A stretch of 64,000 nucleotides of DNA from Candidatus Bathyarchaeota archaeon (GCA_963782525.1 CAWAKC010000007.1:192001-256000), one strand, 5' to 3'. Positions 20,893 through 31,103 are shown, counted from the stretch's first letter. Notes: generated by a model not told the origin, from the letters alone. Program-made: numbers and translations.

Positions 20893-22170
20893 ATGTCAAA
20901 AACAGGGTCTGAAGAAGAAAATCACGATGGATGGCCATACAAAAAATTGGAACATTGGCCTCCGATGACTTACAGAAACCGTTCAATCACCAGTCCTGAA
21001 ACTAATCATGCCTTTATAGGTCTCCTTGAGATAGAAAACAAATCAAGGCATAACATGGAATTGCAGCCGTGGATTCCATTCTGTGACGGCAAATGCACTT
21101 TCTGCTATTTCCCAGTAAACTGCGACAAGCAAAAAGTCGACCTATACATTCAAACGTTGAAAAAAGCGTTGAGTTTCTACGCTAAAAGTCGTTATGTTAA
21201 ATCAAGCGTCTTTAGCGAGTTTTACATAGGAGGAGGAAGTCCATCTGTCCTTTCTGGAATCCAAATAGAAGAAATTCTTCGTTTTTGCAAAGAAAAATTC
21301 AGCTTCAATTCCAACTCTACCACCAAGTTCACCGCCTGCACTAACAATCTTACCGAAGAAAAAATCCAACTTTTTTCTTCAAATGCGGTCGACCAATTGG
21401 ACATAGGAATCCAAACCTTTAATGAGAGTCTTCGCAAGATTCTCATGCTCCGTGATAGTAGCACAAATGCCAAGCAAAAACTCAAAGAAGTTAAGAAACA
21501 TGGATTGCATGTTAGTATAGACTTGCTCTATAACCTACCAGGACAATCGATGGAACAATGGAAAGAAGACTTGCGTCAATCGGTTGAATTAAACCTAGAA
21601 AGCGTTGATTGCTATCCTTTGGAGTTGTACCCTGGCACGCCGCTTGCAAACAGAATTGCCGCAGGAGAGCTACCGCCTGCTAATGGCGATGGGAAAGAAC
21701 TTGAAATGTACCTTGAAGCATACTGCTTTTTCAAAGAAAACGGTTACGCTCCTACTTGCCATAATAGGTTTTCAAGGCTCAAAGAAGACTTCGACAAGCC
21801 GTCTTCGGAAGTAATTGGTACGGGAGCGGGCTTTTTCATGGGGCGTTTAGGAAGCTATCTATATTCAGATATAGAAAACGTTGAAGAATACGTTGCTGCT
21901 GTTCAAAAGGGTGGTTTACCAGTTTCTAAGCTTGCTGAGCTTTCTTTGGAAGATGAAATGAGAACGGCTATGATGCTGATTTATGTTCGTGTTCCTGTAG
22001 ATCGTGGAGAATTCAAGTCTCAGTTCGGCAAGTTTCCCGAAGAAGCCTTTCCAAAAGCTATTGATAAACTCCAACGTATTGGGCTAATAAAGGTAGAAGA
22101 TAATAAAATACGCTTAACTGAGAAAGGCGACCCGTGGAGATTCAATATCGCGTGGGAGTTCTTTAAGTAA
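20893..22170 (+). CDS. HemN/HutW-like class C radical SAM protein
   Basis: IPFCDGKCTFC, YIGGGSPS, DIGIQTF, DLLYNLPGQ, C-terminal LTEKG (HemN_C). Confidence 0.88.
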   Translation: MSKTGSEEENHDGWPYKKLEHWPPMTYRNRSITSPETNHAFIGLLEIENKSRHNMELQPWIPFCDGKCTFCYFPVNCDKQKVDLYIQTLKKALSFYAKSRYVKSSVFSEFYIGGGSPSVLSGIQIEEILRFCKEKFSFNSNSTTKFTACTNNLTEEKIQLFSSNAVDQLDIGIQTFNESLRKILMLRDSSTNAKQKLKEVKKHGLHVSIDLLYNLPGQSMEQWKEDLRQSVELNLESVDCYPLELYPGTPLANRIAAGELPPANGDGKELEMYLEAYCFFKENGYAPTCHNRFSRLKEDFDKPSSEVIGTGAGFFMGRLGSYLYSDIENVEEYVAAVQKGGLPVSKLAELSLEDEMRTAMMLIYVRVPVDRGEFKSQFGKFPEEAFPKAIDKLQRIGLIKVEDNKIRLTEKGDPWRFNIAWEFFK

Positions 22171-22243
22171 GGATTTGGACGGAAACTCTGGCATAAAAGA
22201 AGACTCAGAAAAACTGAAATATTGTAATCGAGAATGGTACTGT

Positions 22244-22573
22244 TTACCGTTTTGGGTTAGCAACAATCCATTTTACGTTATCAAACCCATACCTTGCCAG
22301 TAGCGGCGCTAAAAAATTTGGCAGAACCTCGTCTGCTACCTCGCCCAAAACTACGGTGTCGCCTTCCTGATAAACCAGCGCTACACAGGAGAAGTCTTTT
22401 TGGTGTTCGTATTTAGATAGGATTTGCCAGTATTTTTCTATGCCTTTGCCTTTCTGGATGATCCAGACGCATTTATCGTTAGATGTTTCTTCTTCAAATG
22501 TGTTGAATGCGCGGACGACTTCAGCTACAGTGTTTGGGGTTTGGGCTGTTTTGACGCAGAACCAGATCGTCAT
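22244..22573 (-). CDS. Hypothetical protein
   Basis: 109-aa ORF with protein-like composition, convergent with the HemN-like gene. Confidence 0.6.
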   Translation of the reverse strand: MTIWFCVKTAQTPNTVAEVVRAFNTFEEETSNDKCVWIIQKGKGIEKYWQILSKYEHQKDFSCVALVYQEGDTVVLGEVADEVLPNFLAPLLARYGFDNVKWIVANPKR

Positions 22574-23057
22574 ATAATTTCTACCGCAAATAAAATTAGC
22601 CGAAGCTTCTTATCTATTTTATCTAACAAGCGATAAGAAAAGGCGAGGCTTAAGGGTGTTTGCGCACTGTAACCTGAGCCTCTGAGCACAGCTTTTGGAT
22701 AATACTCGTGAGTTATGTTATGCTGACGGGTTACTTGTTCCAAACAATCTGGGCAGAAAAGACTAAATGTATAACTTATATTGCGCTTTAAGAAGGGGCA
22801 TCAATATTCTTGGAGTTAGAACATAATTGCTTTGGTGAAGGCGTAAGAAAAGCAAGACAAGTAGCATCCAGTGCTAGAAGAGAGTTGAAGCCAAAGCGCG
22901 CTTCGTTTCTAATTCCAAGTTTTTACACAATCTGATTTGGGTTCAAAACCCCGGAAAAAATCAGCTTAAAAATTCTCTGCCAACAACTATTCAGGTAGCA
23001 GGCAGTTTTAATCCTCGGTTAAAGAGAAAAATAGCTCAGTTAGCGACTTTGCTAAAG

Positions 23058-23276
23058 TCAATTAATTTTTAATTTAATTGCTTTTGCGCGACATTTTGTT
23101 AAGCAATCGCCGCATCCTCTACAAAATGTCGGATCTACAAAATTTGGGTCGTTGCTATCAATGCGAAAAATAGCTTTGAGGGGGCATGCCTTTGCTGCCT
23201 GGCACTCAAAACATCGAAGACATTCATTTGGGTCAATAAAGGCCTTATGCATAGACCTCACTTGGAAGGTTTCCAC
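23058..23276 (-). CDS. 2x[4Fe-4S] ferredoxin
   Basis: CLRCFEC....ACP and CRGCGDCLTKC. Confidence 0.85.
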   Translation of the reverse strand: METFQVRSMHKAFIDPNECLRCFECQAAKACPLKAIFRIDSNDPNFVDPTFCRGCGDCLTKCRAKAIKLKIN

Positions 23277-23379
23277 AACGCCTTATTGCGATTTGCGACC
23301 CGACTGGCTACACCAAACGCCGAAATTCCTAGTAAGCTAACAAGCAACAAAAGCTTAATCAAGTTAAACTCCCCCGAGG

Positions 23380-23874
23380 CTATAATACCTCTTTTGGATT
23401 TTTTGGTTTTCTTGGTCGCCATGTTAGAGCACTAAAGATCGTAAATACTAAGAGAGCCACAAACACTGCTGCTTTGATGACCGTGAAATCTACGATGGCT
23501 GAGTAGAGTGCGAATGCTGCGGGGAATCCTCCGATATATAGTGTGAAAAATATTGCTGTGGGCAGTTTGTAGTTGTATTTGTAGTCTTTGAAGATGCGTC
23601 TGCCAAAGTACAAGGCTGCCAAGCGCCCCATGCCGTGAGTGCATTTTATGCAATTGTAGCATGGACGTAGGCAACCCAGAAGGTGAAGTACACCATAAAT
23701 CAAGATAAGTGTTAGGATAAAAAACACAATACCTGCTGTGAAATCATACAGCAGAAAAGCCACTGAATCAAGAACAATCCATAGGAAAAGCGATAGGTTA
23801 CCAAAGAGAACTAGGTTTTCTGGGAAGAAAATTGGGCGACCGTTTTTTGGTTCTGTCATGACAGCCTCTTCCAA
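23380..23874 (-). CDS. Membrane protein with a Cys cluster
   Basis: 4 TM segments around CLRPCYNCIKCTHGMG. Confidence 0.7.
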   Translation of the reverse strand: MEEAVMTEPKNGRPIFFPENLVLFGNLSLFLWIVLDSVAFLLYDFTAGIVFFILTLILIYGVLHLLGCLRPCYNCIKCTHGMGRLAALYFGRRIFKDYKYNYKLPTAIFFTLYIGGFPAAFALYSAIVDFTVIKAAVFVALLVFTIFSALTWRPRKPKNPKEVL

Positions 23875-24027
23875 GCGATTGACATATAAGGTTTTTTTAG
23901 CCCAACAAATTCGCGCGCGTGCAATAAGCTATTCCAGCGGATAGCCAGGAGGTTGCCGCCAGCAAACCGTGATTTTACCGCTTCTATTTTTTCTTCAACA
24001 CTCGTCATGTGCAATCCTCTGTGTCTG

Positions 24028-24438
24028 CTATCCCAGATACCGTTTGATCATCGCTTCGATATGCGCTTTGGGGTGAGCACCCACTAATCTCTCAACTTCT
24101 TTGCCATGGTTGAAGATAATTATAGTTGGAATGCTCATTATTCCAAAGCTACTCGGCACTACTTGATTCTCGTCAACATTCATTTTTCCAAACGCTGCTT
24201 TACCGGTATATTCAGCTGATAGGGCCTCAATTATGGGTCCTACCATTCGGCATGGACCACACCAAGGAGCCCAAAAGTCGACCACCAGTAATTCATTTGC
24301 TGAGACTGCTCCTGAAAAGTTGCTATCAGTCAGAATTATTGGCTGTTTTGCAACTGGTGTTTGACCTTTTTTGGAGGCGTCTAGCATTGCTTGAATTTTT
24401 CTGAGTCTAATTTGTTCTAATTCATTTTCTTCATACAT
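24028..24438 (-). CDS. trxA: Thioredoxin
   Basis: VDFWAPWCGPC, SIPT cis-Pro motif, N-terminal ELEQIR extension. Confidence 0.93.
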   Translation of the reverse strand: MYEENELEQIRLRKIQAMLDASKKGQTPVAKQPIILTDSNFSGAVSANELLVVDFWAPWCGPCRMVGPIIEALSAEYTGKAAFGKMNVDENQVVPSSFGIMSIPTIIIFNHGKEVERLVGAHPKAHIEAMIKRYLG

Positions 24439-24634
24439 GCCTTAACTACCTTCATTTTCTTTTTATTGGGGATTTTAAGCTTGTTTTTGAGTGTTTTCCC
24501 TGGCTACCCAGACCTTGCAGGTTGGAGAGTGGTCGCATAGTTCTTCGGGGATACCGCGCGGGCATTCAATTTTTTTCTGCATTACTATACTTCCTATGCA
24601 ACAACAATGTAACTCGCAGCCAAATATATCTTAC

Positions 24635-24649
24635 GGTATTGTCAATACC
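24635..24649. promoter_or_regulatory. Perfect palindrome GGTATTG-T-CAATACC, candidate operator
   Basis: Lies in the divergent trx / HTH-regulator intergenic region just upstream of TTTATA (24661); extra CAATACC half-site at 24653-24659. Confidence 0.5.
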
Positions 24650-24690
24650 AAACAATACCATTTATATGTAAGATTTGATAAATAGTCTTT

Positions 24691-25068
24691 ATGGAAAGCA
24701 TTAACCTACTAACAAAAAAAGGCGCCTCCTGCACCGACTTACTTACATGCCTATATAACCTAAAACCCGCAGACCTTGAAGTCCTCCTTGCAGTGGCAAA
24801 AAATGAAAACGCTACGCTTGACCAAATCGCAAAAATAGTGCAGAAGGATCGAAGCTCAGTACACCGCTGTCTTTCTAAGCTTTTAAGCATAAATTTAGTA
24901 AACAAGCAGTCAAAATCTCTCAAGGGCGGCGGATACTACCACACTTACGCCATGCTTGACCCAGCAACAATTAAGAAGCACGCACTCGAGCGAGTAAAAG
25001 AAATTCATGAAAGCCTTGAAGCACTCGTAGACAGCTTCGAATTAGACCTTCAAAAACACTTAAAATAA
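24691..25068 (+). CDS. TrmB/MarR-like winged-helix transcriptional regulator
   Basis: C..LL.C.YNL, DRSSVHRCLSKL HTH, GGYYHTY wing. Confidence 0.85.
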   Translation: MESINLLTKKGASCTDLLTCLYNLKPADLEVLLAVAKNENATLDQIAKIVQKDRSSVHRCLSKLLSINLVNKQSKSLKGGGYYHTYAMLDPATIKKHALERVKEIHESLEALVDSFELDLQKHLK

Positions 25069-25163
25069 GCAAAAAAAAGTTATGGAAAAGAAAATAAGTA
25101 GAACATAGAGACTACATTCGACACCTAAAAATTCCTTTGGCAGCCAGCATGCGTTGACTATCC

Positions 25164-25601
25164 TCAAGATCCTCGTAATGCTAGTAAGGCTTCCTTAGCA
25201 TGCTTATTGAAATGAAGTTGTGAGACAAAAACGTGCTTAACGATGCCTTCCTTATCTATAACGAATGTGACCCTTCCAGGAACCCCGAAAGTAGGTGAAA
25301 CGCCGTATAGTTTTCTAACTTTGTTATCGGCGTCGCTCAATAAGATATATGGCAGATTATGATGATTGGCAAAACTTTTATGGGATTCCACACTTTGGGC
25401 ACTTATGCCAATTACTTCAGCATTCTTTTCTTTGAAGGCTTCATAGTTATTTCTGAACGCCTCTGCTTCTTTACAACAAGTAGGTCCTTCATCCCGCGGA
25501 TAAAAGAAAAGAACAACATTCTTTTTTCCTAAAAACTGTGACAAACTAATATTCTCACCAGTGTTTGATTGAAGGGTAAAATCTGGTGCTCTGTCTCCCA
25601 T
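25164..25601 (-). CDS. Peroxiredoxin (Bcp/PrxQ-like)
   Basis: GDRAPDFTL, LFFYP...C..EA..F, RVTFVIDKEG. Confidence 0.88.
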   Translation of the reverse strand: MGDRAPDFTLQSNTGENISLSQFLGKKNVVLFFYPRDEGPTCCKEAEAFRNNYEAFKEKNAEVIGISAQSVESHKSFANHHNLPYILLSDADNKVRKLYGVSPTFGVPGRVTFVIDKEGIVKHVFVSQLHFNKHAKEALLALRGS

Positions 25602-25791
25602 TTTGATTTTAACTATACTCTTACCTTCTTGGCGCTTATTGGAAAATTAATCGGTAATAAAAGAATTTGTGAATGTCATTTAACTTATCTTTTAATTATC
25701 ACAATCAGACTTCAGAACATAATTTTATTGCTTAAAATATCTGAATTATGATAAATGGCTGAATATTTTTTTATGATTTTGACCTCACTTT

Positions 25792-26382
25792 TCAGCTATG
25801 TGTTTTGGGCGATAATTTTGCAATTAACTCATAATGGTAAGGTCCTGCATTAGTCTGTTTTACAAGAGTAAAGCCACTCTCTGCAAGAACCTGCTTGGCT
25901 TCATCTTCCGAGAGTCGTTCTTTTAATGGCGGTCCATGTTCTGTTTGAATCTTTTTCCAGTCTACATCAACAATGAAGGCTGTTGATTTAGATATACGTC
26001 TAACTTCTTGGAAGAACGCTTTCCTGTCTTCTACCTCATGTAGAACGTTGGCGAAAAGGACAAGGTCGACGGATTCTTCAGGGATCCCTGTATGGCACAC
26101 ATCGCTATTTACTATTTTTATGATATTCGGGTTAACTTCTAACTTGGCAATGTTTTCTTTTAAACCATTTATCATTGCCGGGCTGCTATCGACGGCATAT
26201 ACGAGGCCTTTTTCTCCTGTCATCTGAGCCATTGGTATAGTAAAGAAGCCAGGTCCCGAACCCAAGTCTGCTATAATCATTCCTCTCGTAATGCCTGCCT
26301 CGTTTAGAATGGTTTCTGGATTATGCCATTGCTTTCTTTCTTCAGACATTAAAAACTTGACACGGTCAATATGATGTTCCAT
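25792..26382 (-). CDS. Class I SAM-dependent methyltransferase
   Basis: ADLGSGPGFF, VYAVD, NVLHE, VDW...GPP. Confidence 0.88.
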   Translation of the reverse strand: MEHHIDRVKFLMSEERKQWHNPETILNEAGITRGMIIADLGSGPGFFTIPMAQMTGEKGLVYAVDSSPAMINGLKENIAKLEVNPNIIKIVNSDVCHTGIPEESVDLVLFANVLHEVEDRKAFFQEVRRISKSTAFIVDVDWKKIQTEHGPPLKERLSEDEAKQVLAESGFTLVKQTNAGPYHYELIAKLSPKTHS

Positions 26383-26485
26383 TGCTAACTCCTCAAATGC
26401 TTAAGCAAAAATCAATCGAGTATTAATGTACACTTGTTGAAAAATTCTTTAGCAAAGGAAATAAACAAGGGCTCTTAGCGTTAGA

Positions 26486-26878
26486 TTGGTTTTCAATATG
26501 CTGTGTGACCGTTGTGGTTTAGATGTTAAGGAAGGCGAAGGTTATGATCTTAATGGCAAGCACCTATGTGAGGACTGTTATATGTATGAGACTAATCCGC
26601 CTAAGGCTTGTGACCCCATGGCTGTGTCATCAGCCTTATCTGTACGAAAACAATTAGGCCAATCAGGCAGTTCAGGCTTAACTGAGCTACAGCAAAAAAT
26701 CTACAACACCATAGAGAAATATGGCAAAATCACAAAAGAAGACTTGGTCAAAACCCTAAACATCAAACCAGAGCAATTGGAGCAAGAGTTTGCTTTCTTT
26801 AGGCATTGCGAACTACTCCGTGCTTTTAAAGAAGATGATAAAATTTACTTTACAAAATGGGAAACAAAAAGCTCCTGA
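26486..26878 (+). CDS. Zn-finger plus winged-helix hypothetical protein
   Basis: CDRC...LCEDC, ACDP, C-terminal HTH-like segment with RHCEL. Confidence 0.7.
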   Translation: MVFNMLCDRCGLDVKEGEGYDLNGKHLCEDCYMYETNPPKACDPMAVSSALSVRKQLGQSGSSGLTELQQKIYNTIEKYGKITKEDLVKTLNIKPEQLEQEFAFFRHCELLRAFKEDDKIYFTKWETKSS

Positions 26879-26907
26879 AATTTGAACCCTTAGAAAAGGT
26901 TGCCGCA

Positions 26908-27268
26908 TTATTTAGCCAGTGAAATGCGTAACTGCAATTCCGAAATTCTTTTTTGCACTAGTCCGTCAACTTTTCTCGAAGATTTTCTTCTGAAATATTT
27001 TTGTCCAATTTGTCAATTGTCAGGGCGAGTTCCTCATCGCCGACTGTAGTTCTTAACCACTTCTGGAAGTCACCGCGATCAAAGTGGAATTTGATCGACT
27101 CTACATCAGCGCTTCCCATGTCTCTTAAGAAAGAACAAAGGGACAAATGCTGTTTCACCAGAATAATGACCATCTGGCATGAAGAAATGGAAGCCTTGAG
27201 CATAAGGAAACTACTTTCAGAATTTTCTGGGCAGCTTCTGCATTGCAACTTTTTTGAGCGTTAACCAA
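26908..27268 (-). pseudogene. DUF5752-like pseudogene
   Basis: EAAQKILKVV/PYAQGFHFF...GETA/LSLCSFL...SIKFHFDRGDFQKWL...GDEELA; needs two frameshifts and read-through of a TAG at 26958-26960. Confidence 0.65.
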
Positions 27269-27285
27269 AATGACCACCAACAGAG

Positions 27286-27822
27286 TTATAGCAGCTTACC
27301 TATGCGCCTTGAGTCATCTTTAATGATTTGCAACTGTTCGGCAGTAGGTTTTCCCCTAACATCACCCAATCTACCTAGTGTACTGTGCTCAATTGAACCA
27401 TGGAATTCGCTAAGAACGTACCATTCATCGATAACATTGAAGCCTATGTGCTCAAAGTATTGTCGTATATCCTTGCCAACGGGAGTTGCCTCGTCTATTC
27501 CTGTATGTGGTCCCGAGTAAGTAACAAAAACTATCGCGTTTTTGCCTGGCACTTTTGGGGCTGAAGGCTTGATTTTACCATTTTGACGATATTCAGCGAA
27601 TTTTTTCTTTAGAAAGTTTGTCATCGGTTCAGGAGGATGCCATGAGTACGAGGGGCAACCTACGCAAACTAAATCATAGTCAAAATAATCAAGCGCTTCT
27701 GCTGCCTCAGGCTTTTTAATGGTTACTTCGACGTCAGCTTCCTCTAGCCCTTCTTTGATTGCTTTGGCGACTTTCTCTGTATTTCCGGTTTTAGACCAGT
27801 AGATTATTAGTGCAGTTTTCAT
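27286..27822 (-). CDS. Flavodoxin-family protein
   Basis: IYWSKTGNTEKVA FMN-binding loop, DLVCVGCPS. Confidence 0.88.
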   Translation of the reverse strand: MKTALIIYWSKTGNTEKVAKAIKEGLEEADVEVTIKKPEAAEALDYFDYDLVCVGCPSYSWHPPEPMTNFLKKKFAEYRQNGKIKPSAPKVPGKNAIVFVTYSGPHTGIDEATPVGKDIRQYFEHIGFNVIDEWYVLSEFHGSIEHSTLGRLGDVRGKPTAEQLQIIKDDSRRIGKLL

Positions 27823-27841
27823 TTCTTAAGCTCGTGAGGGG

Positions 27842-28258
27842 TTATTCTGTTTTTCCTTCAAATTCAACCGTTACGTCAGTTGGTTGTTTGAAGACGAACA
27901 TAACAGGGCAGTTTGCTTCGGTTCTTCTCCAAGCCGCCTCTAGCAGTTCTTTTCTTGCGGTGGAGGAAGCGTTGACTTTCATGATAACGCCGCTTATTAT
28001 TGGCGAATCTGGAGATTTGTCGGCTTCAACGGTTACTTCGACTTTGTTTAGTTTAATATTGCTTTTTTTGCAAACGTCAGCGAAAATTGTTACGCCGCAA
28101 TCGGCTAGCGCCATCAAGCTGAGTTCAAGTGCTGTTGGACCGCAGTCTGTTCCGCCTGCAGCAGTGGAGAGGTCACATTCTACACTGTGGTTTCTTTGAT
28201 TATCAACCTTTGAACGGACGTTTTCAACCCATGTTGCTTTGGCTTTTACTTTTGGCAT
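27842..28258 (-). CDS. OsmC-family protein
   Basis: GGTDCGPTALE...LADC and NCPV. Confidence 0.85.
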   Translation of the reverse strand: MPKVKAKATWVENVRSKVDNQRNHSVECDLSTAAGGTDCGPTALELSLMALADCGVTIFADVCKKSNIKLNKVEVTVEADKSPDSPIISGVIMKVNASSTARKELLEAAWRRTEANCPVMFVFKQPTDVTVEFEGKTE

Positions 28259-28308
28259 TCTATTTCACCATTTAATCTTTCTCTCAGATTTGGATTTAAA
28301 ATTTATGG

Positions 28309-28689
28309 CTAATGCTCGTGATGCTTTGCGTGTTCACATGCGCCCGCTAATGCTTTTAGTTTGCCTTCTTTGAAGCTTTCAACTATTTCCTTTACTGTTG
28401 TTCCAGTGGCTTGTAATACACTTATGCCGGCATCTTGAAGGCTACTTAAGCATCCAGGCCCCATTCCTTTCACAACAAAAATGTTCGGCTTTAAAGCTAA
28501 GAGATGTTCATGCGGATGCCCAGTGCCCCCAACGTGTTCACCCTTGTTCACTTCTGTTCTTACCCCAGTATTGTTGTTGTTCTCGTCTAAATCTACGATT
28601 GTGTAGTATGGTGCTCTTCCGAAATGTTCAGCTAAATGAGCCTCTAAACCCGATTTGTCTTCTGTTGGAATTACGATTCTTTTAGTCAT
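28309..28689 (-). CDS. NifB/NifX-family (dinitrogenase FeMo-cofactor) protein with His-rich tail
   Basis: RIVIPTED, HFGRAPYY, GMG, C-terminal CEHAKHHEH. Confidence 0.88.
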   Translation of the reverse strand: MTKRIVIPTEDKSGLEAHLAEHFGRAPYYTIVDLDENNNNTGVRTEVNKGEHVGGTGHPHEHLLALKPNIFVVKGMGPGCLSSLQDAGISVLQATGTTVKEIVESFKEGKLKALAGACEHAKHHEH

Positions 28690-28735
28690 TGTTTTTTTAC
28701 CTCATTTTTACTTTTAGAAGTTTGCTCAAGTAATA

Positions 28736-28781
28736 GTTTAAGTACTAAACTCTATTAATAGTTTATGTTGAGAAAACAAAC
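28736..28781. promoter_or_regulatory. Repeated two-box operator/TATA motif, copy A
   Basis: GTTTAagtacTAAAC-tc-TATTAATA-N6-GTTGAgaaaaCAAAC. Confidence 0.75.
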
Positions 28782-28935
28782 AAAAAGAGGTCGAACAAAC
28801 GAATTGTGAATAGACCTCATAAGACATTGTGAATCCATAGGAAGTTATTAAGGGTTGCCGGGTTTACAGTTGGAAGCTTTTTCGATCCCCGTTCTCTTCT
28901 TAACTGAGAATTGAGTGTCTATCAGAAAGGTTGGC

Positions 28936-30206
28936 TTATCTTTCAATTCTCTCCTCTTCTTCATGTGTCTCAGTTGGTGAAACCATTTTTTCTAATGAGT
29001 TTTGATTCAGAAGGCGAATTGCCTCTCTGATTTCTATAGCTTTTGGAAGAGAATAAATCTGTATGAGATTGTCGCCCAATACGTGAAAAGGTCCCTCTCC
29101 AAGACGCCCAGCCAGTACAACATCAACCTTTTCTTCAACCAAAAGATTGGCAGCTTGTATCCCCTTCTTACGCGACAGTGTCGCTCCTTCGTTCTCTCTA
29201 ACATTGAGACTCACAATTTGTCCTTCTTCAACCTCTATGAAGGCAAAATAAGGGGCACTTCCAAATGCAGAACAGCAGGAGAATCCATGCCTTTGTCTTC
29301 TTTTATTGGAATAGCAATCCTTGTTTTTTTCCTATGTGTAAGTCCCACATGAACAGTTATTAACTCCAAGTCTTTGAAACGCTCCTTGATTCTATTTTCT
29401 ACTTCTTCAGATATCGCATGCGCTTTTTCCAGAGAAAGCCCCTCCTGCAACTCCACATGTATTTCACCAAAGAACACAGGACCAGCTTTTCGCAACCTAA
29501 CCTCATGAGTACCCTTAACTCCATGAACACTCCCCGCTATTTCCTTCATTTCCTTAACCCTCTGCGGGCTCAGCGAAACATCCATCAAAACCAGCACAGC
29601 ATCTTTTCCAAACAATAACCCCCTTGCCAGGACATACGCACCCATCACAAAGCCAATCAGAGCCTCACCAGCTGGAAAACCAAGCACCCCTAGAAAAACC
29701 CCGACGAAAACCAACACAGAAGTGTAAACATCTATCATAGAATGCAAACCTTCACTGATTAACGCCTGTGAACCAATTTGGCGTCCCACTCGCCCCTTAT
29801 ATTTAGCAAGCAGATAATAGATAATCGCAGAGAACGCTGCCACAACTAGAGCTATTCCCGAAAATGAGATAACGTAGACCCCAAAAAACTTCTGAAAAGA
29901 CTCTAACATGATCAATATGCTTGATGCCACAAGTATCAAAGACACTGTCAGTAACGCAAATGTTTCTGCCTTATAGTACCCATAGGGGAACCTCTCGGTG
30001 GGTTTTTTCTTTGCGATTCTGAGTCCCACCCAAACAGCAATTGAAGAAAAAACATCCGAGAATGAGTCGATTGTACCAGCCAAGAGAGCTACGCTGCCGC
30101 TAACAACTGCAACGATTCCTTTCAAGATGCCGAGTGCTAGAAGAACAATTGTGGAAAGCTTTGCTGTTTTTTCTCCCTTTCTAAACGATATTCTATTTTC
30201 ACTCAT
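28936..30206 (-). pseudogene. Cation diffusion facilitator fused to a NifB/NifX domain, frameshifted
   Basis: CDF motifs (SVALLA..DS.SD, FPYGY.K.E, H...D) then RIAIP...HFGSAPYF continuing into the 28936-29214 ORF if one base is added at 29263-29265. Confidence 0.8.
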
Positions 30207-30398
30207 TTTTGATTCATCTATTTTTCGAAGTTGTCACGTTATTTCTTACTTAAACGCGCTTATTTCTTTTCAAAAACGATATCTTTTTGATCTGAAGTTT
30301 AATTGCTACCCAAAAAATGGGAGAATTGTGTTTGGACAAGTGGCGTCTATGCATTCTTGAAGTGTTGAAAGGCGTTTGGCTAATCTAACTTGACATTG

Positions 30399-30764
30399 TC
30401 ACTGATCTGTTGGCTGTTTTTTCTCTGATTCAAGCTTTGATTTCAATTCTTTTAGATGTGTTTCTATGTCGTTGATTTCTTGCTCTATGCTGGCTTTCTC
30501 TTCGCCAAATTTCTTTTTGGAGTTTTCCAACGCGACTAGTTCATCTTGTATATTAGGCGTTGGAAACTGATACGCGTATGTTGGGTCTGCCCACCAACAT
30601 CTTGGAAGCCCTGGAAATCTTGCACATGCCTGCGGATTAGCGCCCCCTCCTCTGCCATAACATCTGCCGCCGTATGCACGTCCGGGTCTTTGCCATGGTG
30701 GCAAGTGACTGAATGGTCCTCTGCCGGGCCACTGATCGAAATACGCTCTTCTTCTATATCCCAT
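30399..30764 (-). CDS. DUF5320-like Gly/Arg-rich protein with C-terminal coiled coil
   Basis: WPGRGPFSHLPPWQRPG, GRG repeats, heptad C-terminus; GAGGTGA SD. Confidence 0.7.
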   Translation of the reverse strand: MGYRRRAYFDQWPGRGPFSHLPPWQRPGRAYGGRCYGRGGGANPQACARFPGLPRCWWADPTYAYQFPTPNIQDELVALENSKKKFGEEKASIEQEINDIETHLKELKSKLESEKKQPTDQ

Positions 30765-30792
30765 TTTTGTTTCACCTCTTCCAATTTATTTT

Positions 30793-30830
30793 TGTGTTTA
30801 TGCACACAATTAATTATGTGATAATGCACA
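30793..30830. promoter_or_regulatory. Two imperfect 14-bp palindromes (TGTG-N4-TGCACA), candidate operator
   Basis: TGTGTTTATGCACA (30793-30806) and TGTGATAATGCACA (30817-30830) next to the TATATAAA box in a divergent promoter. Confidence 0.5.
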
Positions 30831-30907
30831 GAAATATATAAAAGTTCTGCACAACATAAACTACATTTAAGGAACCGAAACGGACAAGGTATCGAAGTGT
30901 AAAGAAC

Positions 30908-31066
30908 ATGAGAACAGAGCAAGAAATCAGAAAAAGCCTAAAGACCCTTGAAAATGAGACGCTAACCAATGGGCCATTCACCGAGTTTGAAATAATCGCT
31001 AGAAAAGCAGCACAGCAAGCGTTAGAATGGGTTCTCGAAGAAACAGAGAGCCTGTTAACGTACTGA
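30908..31066 (+). CDS. Small 52-aa helical protein (not in the ORF track)
   Basis: MRTEQEIRKSLKTLE...ARKAAQQALEWVLEETESLLTY; fills the gap upstream of the DUF134 gene. Confidence 0.6.
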   Translation: MRTEQEIRKSLKTLENETLTNGPFTEFEIIARKAAQQALEWVLEETESLLTY

Positions 31067-31103
31067 GCAAAAGGCAAACAAGCTCGAGAGGGAAAAATCT
31101 GCT

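Noticed and set aside
22936-22956. GGGTTCAAAACCCCGG resembling a tRNA T-arm
   Set aside because: No acceptor, D or anticodon arms can be built around it
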